Positions 48,262 through 61,065 of a stretch of DNA of 64,000 nt are shown here, piece after piece. The position numbers and the translations under genes are program-made. Source of the DNA: Alloascoidea hylecoeti (Eukaryota); contig BCKZ01000032.1 of assembly GCA_001600815.1 (NCBI GenBank), positions 62,001 to 126,000 of the forward strand, written 5' to 3'. Below the pieces are notes generated by a model, which saw only the letters and a program-made list of their open reading frames with translations, had not been told where the DNA came from and made no database searches. How positions within the stretch are numbered: position 1 is the first letter of the stretch; each line of letters begins with the position of its first letter.

Positions 48262-48942
48262 ATGCCTTTCAATTTGCCACCTATTGCTGTTCCTGATCAG
48301 GTTCATCTCTACTACTCGTCCTTTGACAAGGTGTGTATCTACTGTTGATGTGACAAACTTAAACTCGTACATTAACGTTAGAGTTATCATGAAACGTTAA
48401 CACTAACACGATAATAGAAATTGGAAGCTTATCCTCGTTTAAAAGAAATTGAGTCAAAGACAAGTATGTATTTAAACTATAGCAGTCTTCGAAATATAAA
48501 TACTAACGTTTTTATTGAAGAAATTCCAAAGGTTGCCCTTGTTGGAGCTGTCATCGCCACCTATTTCCTAGCCCAATACTTGAATATTGGTGGAATTGGA
48601 CAACTATTATCAAATATAACTGGTTTTGTAATCCCAGCCTATTATTCTTTATTGGCAATTGAATCAACGACTTCACTTGATGATACTGTTCTTTTAACAT
48701 ATTGGGTTGTTTTTTCATTATTAAATATAATTGAATTTTTTTCAAAAACATTAACTTCTTGGTTCCCATTTTATTGGTGTTTTAAATCGGTATTTTTATT
48801 ATATTTAGGATTACCACAATTTGGTGGTTCATTGGTGGTTTACAAACATTTAATTAGACCAATCTCTTTGAAATTTATTGTTCCACATGCGGAATCTACT
48901 GCCGATGTTGCTGGAGAATCTTCACATGAAAAATCTACTTAG
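48262..48942 (+). CDS. YOP1: ER-shaping REEP/DP1 protein Yop1, 3 exons
   Basis: Exons 48262-48330, 48418-48463, 48521-48942; GIGQLLSNITGFVIPAYYSL, DDTVLLTYWVVF and LPQFGGS motifs. Confidence 0.92.
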
Positions 48943-49109
48943 GCAATCTAAACCAATACCACGGGTATACATGCATCCACTTATATATAAATTAATATAT
49001 TCATACCACTATGGTGTATCATATCTTTTAGAATATAATTAAAAAGATCATCGTACCGTACTTCAACTGAAATTGAAATTGTTAGCTATCAGAAAACATG
49101 AAAATGAGG

Positions 49110-50160
49110 TTGGAAATTGTTCCTAGATCTAGAACCATTGGCATACCTTGCAATCATTTCCTGATATGTCCTCTGTTGTTGTGGCATGGTTTTATTACAC
49201 TGTTGTCATTTATGTATTAATGTTGGTGTAATTTTCATGTAATAACCTAGTTGTGGGCAGTTTCGCTTTATCTATGTGGCAGCGTAGGGTTCTTTTCGGT
49301 GATTTTCGTACATATCTCACATTTCAGTAATTACAAATATATATATATATATGAATGAGTCCATCATATCGTTTCCTTGTAGGAATTTCAACTCTGTTTT
49401 GTCTCTCGGTTGGTTTTATGCTCCAATCCACTTAATTTAAGCCACCCCTTCATTTGTAAATTAATTAACCCTTTTGTTGAAATTTAACAAAACTAACTAT
49501 TCTCTAAATAAAAGGCATTAATCTTAGTTGAGACACAGGAAAATCTGGTAGGGCAGGGGTGGAATAAGTCGTCATATAAGCTTTATATGGAAGAATGTTC
49601 TCCGCATTATTCACCAGTTCCACGGTTTCATCGATGCTGGGAATAAGTTCGAGACTGGAACAAATCATCACATCGATAACTCCATCAATTAACTCTAGAT
49701 CTAGAAGATGTCCCATTTAGGTTTTCCAGTGCTCTATAGGACTCAAATCAGCCAATCATTTCATTGTTTAACAGTCTCCTTAGTGAACTCTCAGTATTCA
49801 ATATCAAGTTCAGATCAACTGAGTGGCTAAGGATTTAAATCTCATCTTCCAAATTAAGTGTATAGCTACCACTCTTTAAAACTAGAAAGATCCTTCCATA
49901 TGATAGCAACCTTTTTAGTAGAAGCATATCACTCAATTACTTGTAATCGGATTACGCAATTGTCCTTTTAACTCAGACACACAAAGCTAATTATATCTCA
50001 CTCAATTCGGGTGGAAAAGTCAATCAAAAAGTCAAGTCAGTGGTTAGTGGTCACCCAAAATATTACTATCTTTTCTAGCAAAAGTGATAATTTACCCTAA
50101 GTAGGCAGGAAGAATTCCTGAGATAATAACTCTCTCTTCATTAGGGTATTTACTATTTAT
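49110..50160 (-). mobile_element. Degraded Ty3/gypsy-like pol relic (RNase H to integrase)
   Basis: YPNEERVII..YLG..GDH*PLT*LF..N*VI/SDML (RNase H-like), then IHK*QQCNK (CxxC-like) and MVLDLG, in gypsy order. Confidence 0.45.
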
Positions 50161-50656
50161 GTAATTAATCTAGGTAACCCGGATGTATGTAATACATATA
50201 ACAAGTAACATGGTAGAGGTCGATACGAATCGTTTGGGTGTGGAAATTGAGTCTTCACAAAACAAAAACTGTAGCTATAGTATTTTCTTTCACACGGGTA
50301 GGAAAACCAACTTGGGAACATGAACAGCACTTCTGGCTTTAGCCCCTGTAATTATCTGGTGAAGAATGAACTAGAATATTATGGCCCCATTCACCAAATC
50401 TTCGGAAGAAATATGGTTGCAAAGTAGCATTAACGGCAATAACAACGTTAACTTTTAAATGCAAAAGAGTTGGGATAACGCTTTTATCTAAGCAATTTTC
50501 AACCTTTAATCAGAGCCATAGGGGCCAGCTATTATTTTTACCTTCGAAATTCGAACTCGACTACTTGAGTATCGTCTGGCAATAACAATATTAATCAAAT
50601 GTTTAATTAATGGAGGAATGACTGGCATTCGAGTGCTCGGTACTACTGCTTTAAAC

Positions 50657-50682
50657 CAGTGACGCCAAAAAGTCGCAGGACC
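50657..50682 (+). repeat. Tc1-like terminal-repeat-like 26-mer, copy 2
   Basis: CAGTGACGCCAAAAAGTCGCAGGACC. Confidence 0.5.
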
Positions 50683-51433
50683 CCTTGTCTACTACCCAAT
50701 AGTTAAGTGTATAAATATTAATAATAGCACCAACCGGATTAGTCGGCACTGTTTGATAAGATTCAACTTCCATCATTTTGTAAGTCTGTTCTCTATATAC
50801 AGATTATATTTTGGGTATGTATTTTTCAGATCAGAATCAGATCTTCCAATATTAATTGCAAGTGTAATATATAAATCGATATCAGCCGTGTATATTTTTA
50901 CCGCTGCAGCCGATTCATTATGATTTTTTCCCATTTTTTCTCCTACTTTTTGATATCATTATATTGTTTATATCGATCTATACAATCTTTCCGACGATCT
51001 AATAATACTCTTCTCCGATTCTTTGGAACTTTCGGTACCCATAAACTCGGATTATATAAAATATCGTGTTAATTTAATTATAATTAGAATAAGCTTTTAT
51101 AAATAACTTAGGAGTGGCTCAGAATTATTAATTGCATTTCATTTGTTGTAGGCTACATAACTTTACAGTGGCTCAGTATTAATTTTTCTCATTAAAAAAA
51201 ACCTTTTATCTTTCTCCTGAATCTTTCTTTTTAATTTTATAGATTTTTTTTTAATAGCATTGTTTTTGAATTCTCAGCTCTAATTAAAAAGTCGAAAGTT
51301 AAATATTAATATCAATCTTGATTTCGGTCTCTATCATATTTTAAGTTCATATTTCAGTCCACAAATCACAGATCACACATTCATTTGTTTATTAACAACG
51401 AGACAACCTTGACTTTAAGATAGAAACATAAAA

Positions 51434-52945
51434 ATGAAACTAAATAACTTCATAAGTTATAAGAAATTGAGTAAATCGGTCAAATTACTAGTAATACTTG
51501 TTGTACTATCGATATTTATTATATTAACTACTTTATGCACAATTTGGTCTGATTTCCCAAGTGGTATAATTCAAAGTACTCGTTCAATATTTAAAATTCC
51601 ATCAAATGATCAAGAAATAACATTCAGTAGTATTTACAAAAATATAGACGATATAATTGATATAAATGAACAATTAATTGCTGACAGAGCGATTTTATTT
51701 AAAAACAATAGTTCAGATTACAAAAGTTTAAACTTTCAATTAGAAACAGAATCAATTATAATTAATTATTACAAAGAATTATATGAATTTATGTATAATA
51801 AGAATAATAAATCGATTGATATATCGTATGAAAAACCAGAAACAAAATTAATGATTAATCCAGAAAATAATAACCATATTAGAATTAAATTAGATTATAA
51901 AAATAAAACAATTTTAAATCAATATAATAAAAGAGAAAATGCAACTTTTATATCATTAGTAAGAAATTCAGAATTAGATGATATGTTAGGATCAATTAAG
52001 ATAATTGAATCTAAATTTAATTCAAAATTTCATTATGATTGGGTTTTTTTAAATGAAGAAAAATTTACACCAGATTTTATTAAAAAAATATCAAAACAAT
52101 GTAGCGGTAAAGTAAAATTTGGATTAGTTAATTATAATGAATGGAGTTATCCTAGTTGGATAGATCAACAAAAAGCAGAAGAAAAAATGAAACAATTAGA
52201 AGAAGATGGTGTAATATATGGTGGTTCTTTATCTTATAGACACATGTGTCGTTATCAATCGGGGTTTTTTTGGAGACATGAATTAATGAATGATTACAAA
52301 TATTATTGGAGAGTTGAACCAAATACAAAGATTTACTGTGATGTAACTTATGATATTTTTAAATTTATGAATAAAAATAAGAAACTTTATGGGTTTATTA
52401 TGACAATGCCAGAATTTAAAAAAACAATTCCAACTTTATGGGATGAAACCAAAAATTTTATAAATGAGTATGATCATACAAAAAAAAATAGTAATTCATC
52501 TGAAAGATCATTTAAAATCATTGAAGATGATTCAAAAAATTTAATGAAATTTATATCGGATGATGATGGTAAAACTTATAATGGATGTCATTTCTGGTCA
52601 AATTTTGAAGTTGCTGATTTAGATTTTTGGAGATCACAAACATATACAGAATATTTCAATTATTTAGATAAAACTGGAGGATTTTTTTATGAAAGATGGG
52701 GTGATGCACCAATTCATACAATTGCCGCGTCATTATTATTAAAAAAGAGTGAAATTCAAATGTTTAATGATTTTGGTTATTTTCATAATCCAAATCATGC
52801 ATGTCCAAAAAGTAGAAAAGTTTTAAAAGATAATAAATGTTCTTGTGAAAGTGAAGAAGATGTTACTTTTGCTGGTTGGAGTTGTACTCCAAAATATTAT
52901 CGAATAATGGGATATAAAATGCCTCCAAATTCAAGGTACGAATAA
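51434..52945 (+). CDS. GT15 alpha-1,2-mannosyltransferase (KRE2/KTR family) paralog 3
   Basis: Type II TM; YWRVEPN, CHFWSNFEV and ERWGDAPIH motifs. Confidence 0.95.
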   Translation: MKLNNFISYKKLSKSVKLLVILVVLSIFIILTTLCTIWSDFPSGIIQSTRSIFKIPSNDQEITFSSIYKNIDDIIDINEQLIADRAILFKNNSSDYKSLNFQLETESIIINYYKELYEFMYNKNNKSIDISYEKPETKLMINPENNNHIRIKLDYKNKTILNQYNKRENATFISLVRNSELDDMLGSIKIIESKFNSKFHYDWVFLNEEKFTPDFIKKISKQCSGKVKFGLVNYNEWSYPSWIDQQKAEEKMKQLEEDGVIYGGSLSYRHMCRYQSGFFWRHELMNDYKYYWRVEPNTKIYCDVTYDIFKFMNKNKKLYGFIMTMPEFKKTIPTLWDETKNFINEYDHTKKNSNSSERSFKIIEDDSKNLMKFISDDDGKTYNGCHFWSNFEVADLDFWRSQTYTEYFNYLDKTGGFFYERWGDAPIHTIAASLLLKKSEIQMFNDFGYFHNPNHACPKSRKVLKDNKCSCESEEDVTFAGWSCTPKYYRIMGYKMPPNSRYE

Positions 52946-53136
52946 TAATAATGTATGATAACTTAACTAATAAATAAAATATATATATACGTGTATTTAC
53001 CCGGACGTAACTATGAAGTCTTCCCACTTTTTCCAGATCAAACCTTTAAATTTTCTATTGTCTTCTTCTGACTCATCGAGAAATTTTAGATTGGATATTT
53101 AAACACATCCTTGGTGCTTATCTACATCTCAGAAAC

Positions 53137-54891
53137 ATGTCCGACATTGAACAGATTAAAAATCTATCCATTGCGGATTCTACTCCAAATACACCTGCTG
53201 CCCCTTCCCCTGAATCTTCAGCGGTTCCTTTAGAGTAAGTCCAATTTATATTTATATTTGTATATACGTCCAATTAAACTAATCAATTGTTCTTTAGTGA
53301 AAATGGAAACCCATTGTCCAAAAAGGCTATAAAAAAGTTGGCTGCACAGAAAGAAAAAGAGCGAAAGAAAGCAGAAAAGGCTGCAAAAGTGGCCACCGAG
53401 CAAGCAGCACGGGCTGCATCAGAAGTTGATTACTCAGATAAATTCTACGGAGTATTGCCTTTAATTCAATCGACCACCAAATCCGGCGTGAAAAGGACCC
53501 AAATTAACACCTTGTCTTCAAAAAATGACGGCGAAGAAGTTGTTTTAAGAGCAAGAATTCATACTTCCAGATTACAAGGAAATAAAATGTGTTTTTTAGC
53601 GCTTCGGCAAAAAAATTCTTTAATTCAAGGTTTATTGGTTGTCAATAAAGATTCAATCTCTAAGCAAATGGTTAAATTTGCTGGTTCTATAAATAATGAA
53701 TCAATTGTTGTTGTAACTGCTATTGTTCAAAAAACTCCGGAACCTGTTAAATCGGCTACGGTTCAAGATGCAGAATTACATATAACTAAAATATTTGTTA
53801 TAGCAGGAACTCCTGAAAAACTCCCCATTTTGATTGAAGATGCTTCTCGAAGTGACGCTGAAGCTGAAAGATTAGGATTACCGGTTGTCAATTTAGATAC
53901 TAGATTGGATTCAAGAGTCTTGGACTTGAGAACTATTACAAATCAAGCAATTTTTAAAATTCAAGCTGGTGTTTGTGAATTATTCAGAGAATTTTTAATT
54001 TCCAAAGGTTTTATGGAAATCCATACACCTAAATTGTTAGCCGCTGCTTCGGAAAGTGGTTCAAATGTTTTTGAAGTATCATACTTCAAAGGAAAAGCTT
54101 TTCTTGCACAATCTCCTCAATTATACAAACAAATGTTAATTGCTGCAGATTTTGAACGTGTATTTGAAATTGCTCCTGTTTTTAGAGCTGAAAACTCGAA
54201 TACTCATAGACATATGACTGAGTTTATCGGTCTTGATCTTGAGATGGCCTTTGAGGAACATTACGATGAAGTAATTGATGTTTTAATGGAACTTTTTATT
54301 TTCATTTTTACTGAATTGAAAAATAGGTTTTCGAAAGAAATTGCTGTTGTTCGAAAACAATTCCCGGTTGATGAATTCAAACTTCCAAAGGATGGGAAAA
54401 TGGTAAGAATTCCATTTAAGGAAGGAATCAGGCTCTTACGTGAAGTAGGTGGAGTCACAGATATAGGTGACTTAGATGATTTATCAACAGAAAATGAAAA
54501 ATTACTTGGTAGTATTGTTAGAGATAAATATGATACCGATTTTTATATCCTTGACAAATTTCCTCTAAGCATTAGACCATTTTATACAATGCCTGATGCT
54601 GAAGATCCAAAATACTCCAATTCTTATGATTTCTTCATGAGAGGAGAGGAAATATTGAGTGGTGCTCAACGTATTCACGATTCAGCATTCCTTGCTGAGA
54701 GAATGAAAGCTCATGGCGTTGATCCTACAGGTCCAGGATTAAAAGATTATGTTGATGCATTTAATTTTGGAGCACCACCACATGGAGGTGGTGGTATTGG
54801 TTTAGAAAGAGTTGTCATGTTCTACTTAGGTCTTAAAAATATTAGAAGGGCAAGCTTATTCCCTCGTGATCCAAGAAGATTAAGGCCTTAA
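53137..54891 (+). CDS. DPS1: Cytoplasmic aspartyl-tRNA synthetase, 2 exons
   Basis: Exons 53137-53234 and 53298-54891; [37 protein letters not shown] and FPRDP motifs. Confidence 0.97.
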
Positions 54892-55532
54892 GTTAATGAA
54901 TATACCTATATAGATGCAGATTATATAGATACATGACTTCATTCTTTTATAACTTATAGCAAATTATTATAAGTATAAAACCCATCATCGAAATTTAGTT
55001 ATAAGCATGCAATATCCATAAACTTTTGGTATTTTTTGAACATTAAATCTATAAATATTAGTAATGTATGAAATAAAATCATGTTTATATAATTATCATA
55101 TTAACATTAAGAATGAATTTTTAAATATCAATTGCAATGAAGTAAAATGATTGTCCCGAATTCAACCCCTCTTTATGTATATAAAAATAACTTTTCAAGT
55201 TCTTAATACTAAATATTAATTACCACATGAATAGTTATAGTTAAAATGACTTACTTAAGTAATCGGAAAACATTATTAGGTCAGGAATCCACTTCATTCT
55301 GCCAAAAGGCACCCCGAAAACACAACTACGTAATTTCAGCCTGCTAATTATAAGATCATCTTAATATGATTTTCAATCTAGGTATGGCTAAATCCGTGAA
55401 AATACTACATAATAATGATTATTTCTAGACAAATAAATATTTAACGAGCGACTATTTCGATGAAATTTCACCTTTTGTTTTGAGATTAATATCCTTTCTT
55501 CCTAAATATATATGGTATTATGTATTACACTC

Positions 55533-56568
55533 TTATTTTTGCTGCATAATATCAACATATTTATTTCGTGTTGATTTTTTCTTACCTCTTCTATGAGCAG
55601 TCCCCATTTGTACTCCACTACCACTTCCTAATAAATCATCTAAACTAGGTGTAGCAGATATAATAGATCTTTTTGGTTTTAATCTTGGAGCTGAAGCGAG
55701 AGGAAGACTTGGTACACTTGGTGTCGCAATTAAATTCGTTTGACTTGCTGATGGCATTAATGGTAAACTTGGTGTACTCATACTTGCTAATGGATTAGAA
55801 CCAGGTATTGAAAGAAGAGTATTATCTGATTTTGGTGGTGATTCAGAAATAGTAGGTGTATTACTAGAAGTTGGTGGTTTAGGTGTAGATGATTTTGATA
55901 AAGATGGTGTAGATGGTTTCTTTTTCATTTTTGGAGGTGGAGCTGGGGCAGCACTTACTTGTTCTTCTAATGGTTTAGTTGTATCAACCCATCTTTTTAA
56001 TTTTTCATCATAAATAAATGTACTTTTTTCACCTAATTTAGCGCGAATAGCTTTTGGTTCATTATCATTTTTCTTAAACCAACCAAATAACCCACCACCA
56101 TTCTTTTTATTTTTCTCTTTATCTTCTTTTTTATCTCCCTTTTTAAAATTTAGTTCATCTTCTTCCTTTTTAAAAATTTCTTCTTCTCTAGTTTCATTCT
56201 TAACATCATTGTCATTATTATTATTATTGTTATTAATATTATTATCATGATTATTAACTTCATTCTTTTGTATCAATTTTTTCCTTTCATCAGGTTTCAA
56301 ATTCCCAGTATTAATCCATCTTTTTTCATCTTCATCATAAATAAATTTATTCTTTTCACCTAAGTCAGCTTTAATTGCCTTTGGTTTATCAACAACATGA
56401 ATATAAGACTTTGAAGACCACCAAGAATGATTATAATTAATATTAATAATTTCATTATGATCTTCAATAACTGGTTCAGGACTTGGTGGTAAATATTTTG
56501 CAGAACCAATTGATGGAGAAATTAATGATCTTGAAGAATCATTATTAGCATCCTCATTATTATTATTA

Positions 56569-56641
<73 letters not shown>

Positions 56642-58780
56642 CATTTGAGTTTAAAACTGTCGATAAATCAGATCTTGGCATATATGGATTAATTAATGAT
56701 CTTGGATGTGGTTTAATTGGTGAAAAATTCATTTCTCTTGATTTTTGTCTTGCATGAATTGCTTTAATTGTTGTTGTATTAATACTTTCAATTTCTGGTC
56801 TATGATTATGAATACGTTTTATAGGTTTTATTGTTGATTTACGTAATTTTAGATTATTAATTGGTTTAGTTGTTGGTGATCCTAATTTAAATGGTTTTAA
56901 TAAATCTTCTGGATCTTCAATTTCGATATCTTCTTTAACAACTGGCATTAAATTATATGGACTTTCAATCTTCTTTTTAGGAGTTGGATTTATTGATGGT
57001 GATGGTGATAATTGTTGAAAATCTGGGGAAAGTGATGTTGATGGTAAAATATCACTTTCACTATCATTTTCATTTTCATTTTCGCCTGATGTTTCATAAT
57101 CAGGGGTAACAAGTTTAGGAGTCGGTACCACATCTGAAATTAAATCATCAATTGATGATGAAGCAACTGGTGCATATCTATTAAGATTAGATGGTCTTGC
57201 TCTTCTATTAGTACCATATCTTGATTGAGTAGTTGATTTTTTAGTAGAATTACGCTTTAGAATTCCAATAGGAGGTGGAGGTAATGAACTTGTACTTGTT
57301 TCTGACCTTGTATCAAAATCACCTTGATTTGAATTTGAATCAATAGGATGGTAATTACTATTAATTGATTGATATTTAGAAATTGGTTCAGACAATGATG
57401 GTGATGGATTAGATAATGATGCAGAATCAAGTTCTAAATTCTTTTCTTCATTTTCTGAATTTATAATCTTATTTGTATTTGAACTTGGATATATTGGTGG
57501 ATAAGTATAACTTGAAGGATATTCATTTAAATCTTCTTTTGTACTTTCATCATTTAATAAATTTCTACTATAAGGACTTGATGATGGTTGATATAATGAT
57601 GATCTTCCATAATTATTTGATTCATTTTTTTCAGATATAGAATCAATACTATTTTCTTCTTGCTCTGATTTAATATCATCAATTATAAAATCTTTTAAAG
57701 ATGAATTTTTAGCATTTTGTTGTGTATTTTCAGTTTCATTATTATTATTAATCGATGAAGTAGGTGAATCAAAAGGAACATAATTTCCATCATTATTATC
57801 ATTAGCATGATAGTTTAAAGATTCATTTGGTTGATTTTGATTTTGATTTTGATTATTTTCCTCTTCATCATTTTCAATTATTGTTTCATGAGGTGCATAA
57901 GGATTAGAAGTTGGTTGATATCTCGAAACATTTGAATTTAAATTTGAATTTAAATTTGAATTTATGGTTTTATTTTTAGCCCTTGGTGAAACAACAGGAG
58001 AAATTTCATTGGCTTTTGGTGAAATAGTTGGAGAAGTTAAATTATTTTTAACATTAAAATTATCATTATCATTATCATTATAATTATAACCATGATCATA
58101 ATCATAATCAGGTAATGAATTTTGTGAATCTAAATGATTATTATTTGATAAATTAAATGGACTATCTAAAGTTTCATCTTGATGAGTAATACTTGTAATT
58201 GATTTTGCTTTTGGTTTTTGTTGAGTTTGTAATTGAGATTGTGGTTGTGATTGGGGTATAGGCGATGTTGTATTACTTAAAATTGAATCTAAACCAACAT
58301 AATTTTGTCTTCTTTTATTTTTAGATTTAGATTTTCTAGTTAATCCTAATCCAGATCTTGAATTATTTGAATTTAAAATTGGAGGTGTTAATTTAATTGA
58401 TGATGGACCATTTGTTATAGGAGGTGTTGTAACAAGAACAATTGGTGGTTCATTATTAATTCCAACACCACCACTAGATATAACAGATGAGGCTGGGGAA
58501 TTATGTTGCTGTTGATGTTGATGTTGATTTTTAGAAGGTGATGAAACGACTGAATGTTTTCTAGATATTGCACTTTTTATAGTTGTTGCCAAAGGAGATT
58601 GGGATCTATAGCCATTTAAATTTGGAGTTGGATTTGCATTTGAATTTGATGAAGTTGGTCTTGAATCAATACCCATTGATGAAGGAATATTTGAAAATGG
58701 GAAAGTTTTTTGATGATTTAGTTTATGAATTTCATTTAATGACATATAAGATTTTGAACCAATATTCATATTCATATTCA

Positions 58781-58861
<81 letters not shown>

Positions 58862-60953
58862 ATTTATAATTCATATCAACATAAGAATTTGCTCTTGAAA
58901 TATTTTTAAAAACTTTTGATTCTTCACCATTATATTCATCTTCAATATTATTTTGATTTCCAAGAATTGGTATACCATTATTAATTGAATCATTATTTGA
59001 AGAATTTTCAATTTCATTTGAATTACCTAAAACAAATTTTTCTAAATGTTTATTAACACTCCATTTTGAAAAAAAAGAAGTTGGTGATAAATTATTAAAA
59101 TCAAATGAATTATTTATAATTGAAATTGTTTTAATTTTATTTAATATAAAATATATTAATTCTTGTTTTTGATTTAAATATTGTTGTTGTTGTTTTATTG
59201 GAAATTGTTTAATTAATGATGATAAATTATCAATATAATTTTTTGAATTTGAATAATCGCCAAATTCAATTAAATATTCAACAATTTTTAATTTACCTAA
59301 TAATAAATTAATAAAAGGAAATTGATTAAAATTTTGTTGATTTTGATTATTTGAATTTGTAAATTTGAAAGATTGAATATATTCATAAATTTCAGATAAA
59401 ACAATAGATTCAATATTTGAAAATTTATTATTAATTAATTTTTCCGAACCAACCAATTCAAAATATTCATTTTCTTCATTATCATGATAATTTAATTCAT
59501 TTCCAATTATAATTAAACATATATGACCAGGTATAATCATTTCATTTTCAATTAATAATTTTGAAAATTCTTCAATAAAACATTTTGATGAAAAACACCA
59601 ATTATTTAAAATTAATTTTAAAACTAAATTCCAATTAATTAAAAAATATTTAAAACTTTCAATTGATGATGATTTTAATTCATAAATTATTTTTAAAACA
59701 TCATTTTTAATATCATTTCTATTAATTATAAATAATTGAAATAATAAAACTAATAAAAATAATTTTTTTGAATCTTTTGAATTAGAAGAATCATTTGGAA
59801 TTGTTGATGATGTTGATGATTGATCATATATAATTAAATTATTAATTCGATTTTTAATAAAATCATTTGATGTTATTTTCCATGATTCAAACCCAAATAT
59901 ACTTGATAATATTAAACCTAAAGAATATTGTTCATCATTAATAACTTTTCTTAATGCACCATTTGAATCACCAGAAGCTAATTTATTTTGAATTGTTAAA
60001 ATTTCCGAAGTACCATAATTATATTTTATATTGCTTGATGATGAAGGATTTGAATAATTTCTTGTTCTTGTATTATTAATATTTTTTGGATTAATTTCAA
60101 TTTCATTTTTAATTCCATTATTTAAAATTTGATTTAATTTTAATTTATATTCTAAAAATTTATCATTTTTTAAGTTTGATTCTTGGAATGAAGTAGCAGA
60201 ATCAAATTCACAATATTGTAATTGTAAGTTTAAAACTTTTAATAGTGTAACTAAATCATTATTTTCTTGATTAATATTAGGATTGGCGCCAACACCATTA
60301 TATCCATAACCATAATCATAACCATATTGATTTATAGGATTTAGATTTGGATCAGAAGTTAAAGAAGATTTTATATCAATATAATTAAGTAACCATTTAT
60401 CCAAATCTTTCTTTTTTAATTTATTTAATTTGTTATATGATAAAATTAAAGGACCAGGGAAGTTTTTTAAAATATTTAATTCGTCATCCTTTTCAATTGA
60501 TTTATTCAATAAAGTTGAAGATTTTAAAATGTTGATGCTTAAAGAATTAATTGAAGATGAATAATAATTTGGAGTATTATCGGGTATAATTGATAGGATT
60601 TGAGACCCATTTCCTGACCATTTAAAGATTGGAAACTGACGGGATAAAATGGCATTATTGTCAACAGGAGGATCAGTTTGTTTTGGGGTAGGGTCGTAGG
60701 GCACAGCCTGGGAGTTTCCACGTGACCGCGGGATGTAGCTGTTTTGCGCCGCTGGTTGGATCTGAGGGTGGTAGGAGTTTGAAGAGGCCGAGGCCGAGGA
60801 GTAGGTGCGCTGCCTGTTTAGGGTGGCTGCAGAGAGCCGTCGTGGGTGCGGGTGCGGGTGCGGGTGCGCCTGAGGGTGTGTCTGAGGGTGCGCCTGAGGG
60901 TTGGGTGGGACAGGCATGTCCGCGAAGAAGTGCGGGCTGTACGGGTTGCTCAT
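55533..60953 (-). CDS. SEC16: COPII scaffold Sec16-like protein
   Basis: FPIFKW and FPGPL, helical central domain (ESIVLSEIYEY), C-terminal AKLGEKSTFIYDEKLKRWV and LDDLL...KYVD. Confidence 0.85.
56556..56640. repeat. (AAT)n microsatellite encoding poly-Asn in Sec16
   Basis: Long TTA run on the plus strand. Confidence 0.95.
58783..58860. repeat. (AAT)n microsatellite encoding poly-Asn in Sec16
   Basis: Long TTA run on the plus strand. Confidence 0.95.
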
Positions 60954-61065
60954 TGTGGTACACGTAACGTAGCAGGCAGCAGAAGGAAGGAGTAGCTGGC
61001 ATCAGAGTCCGGGTAACCCGGCCGCCCCAAACAGAAAGTGACATTTGTGCGGACACAAACATTTC

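Noticed and set aside
50620..50690. Reverse-transcriptase-like GPATFWRH on the minus strand
   Set aside because: It overlaps the 26-bp dispersed repeat, so the peptide resemblance is probably coincidental.
55282..55311. U2 snRNA (minus-strand TGCCTTTTGGC)
   Set aside because: The GTGTAGTATCTG branch-pairing sequence is absent; probably a chance match.
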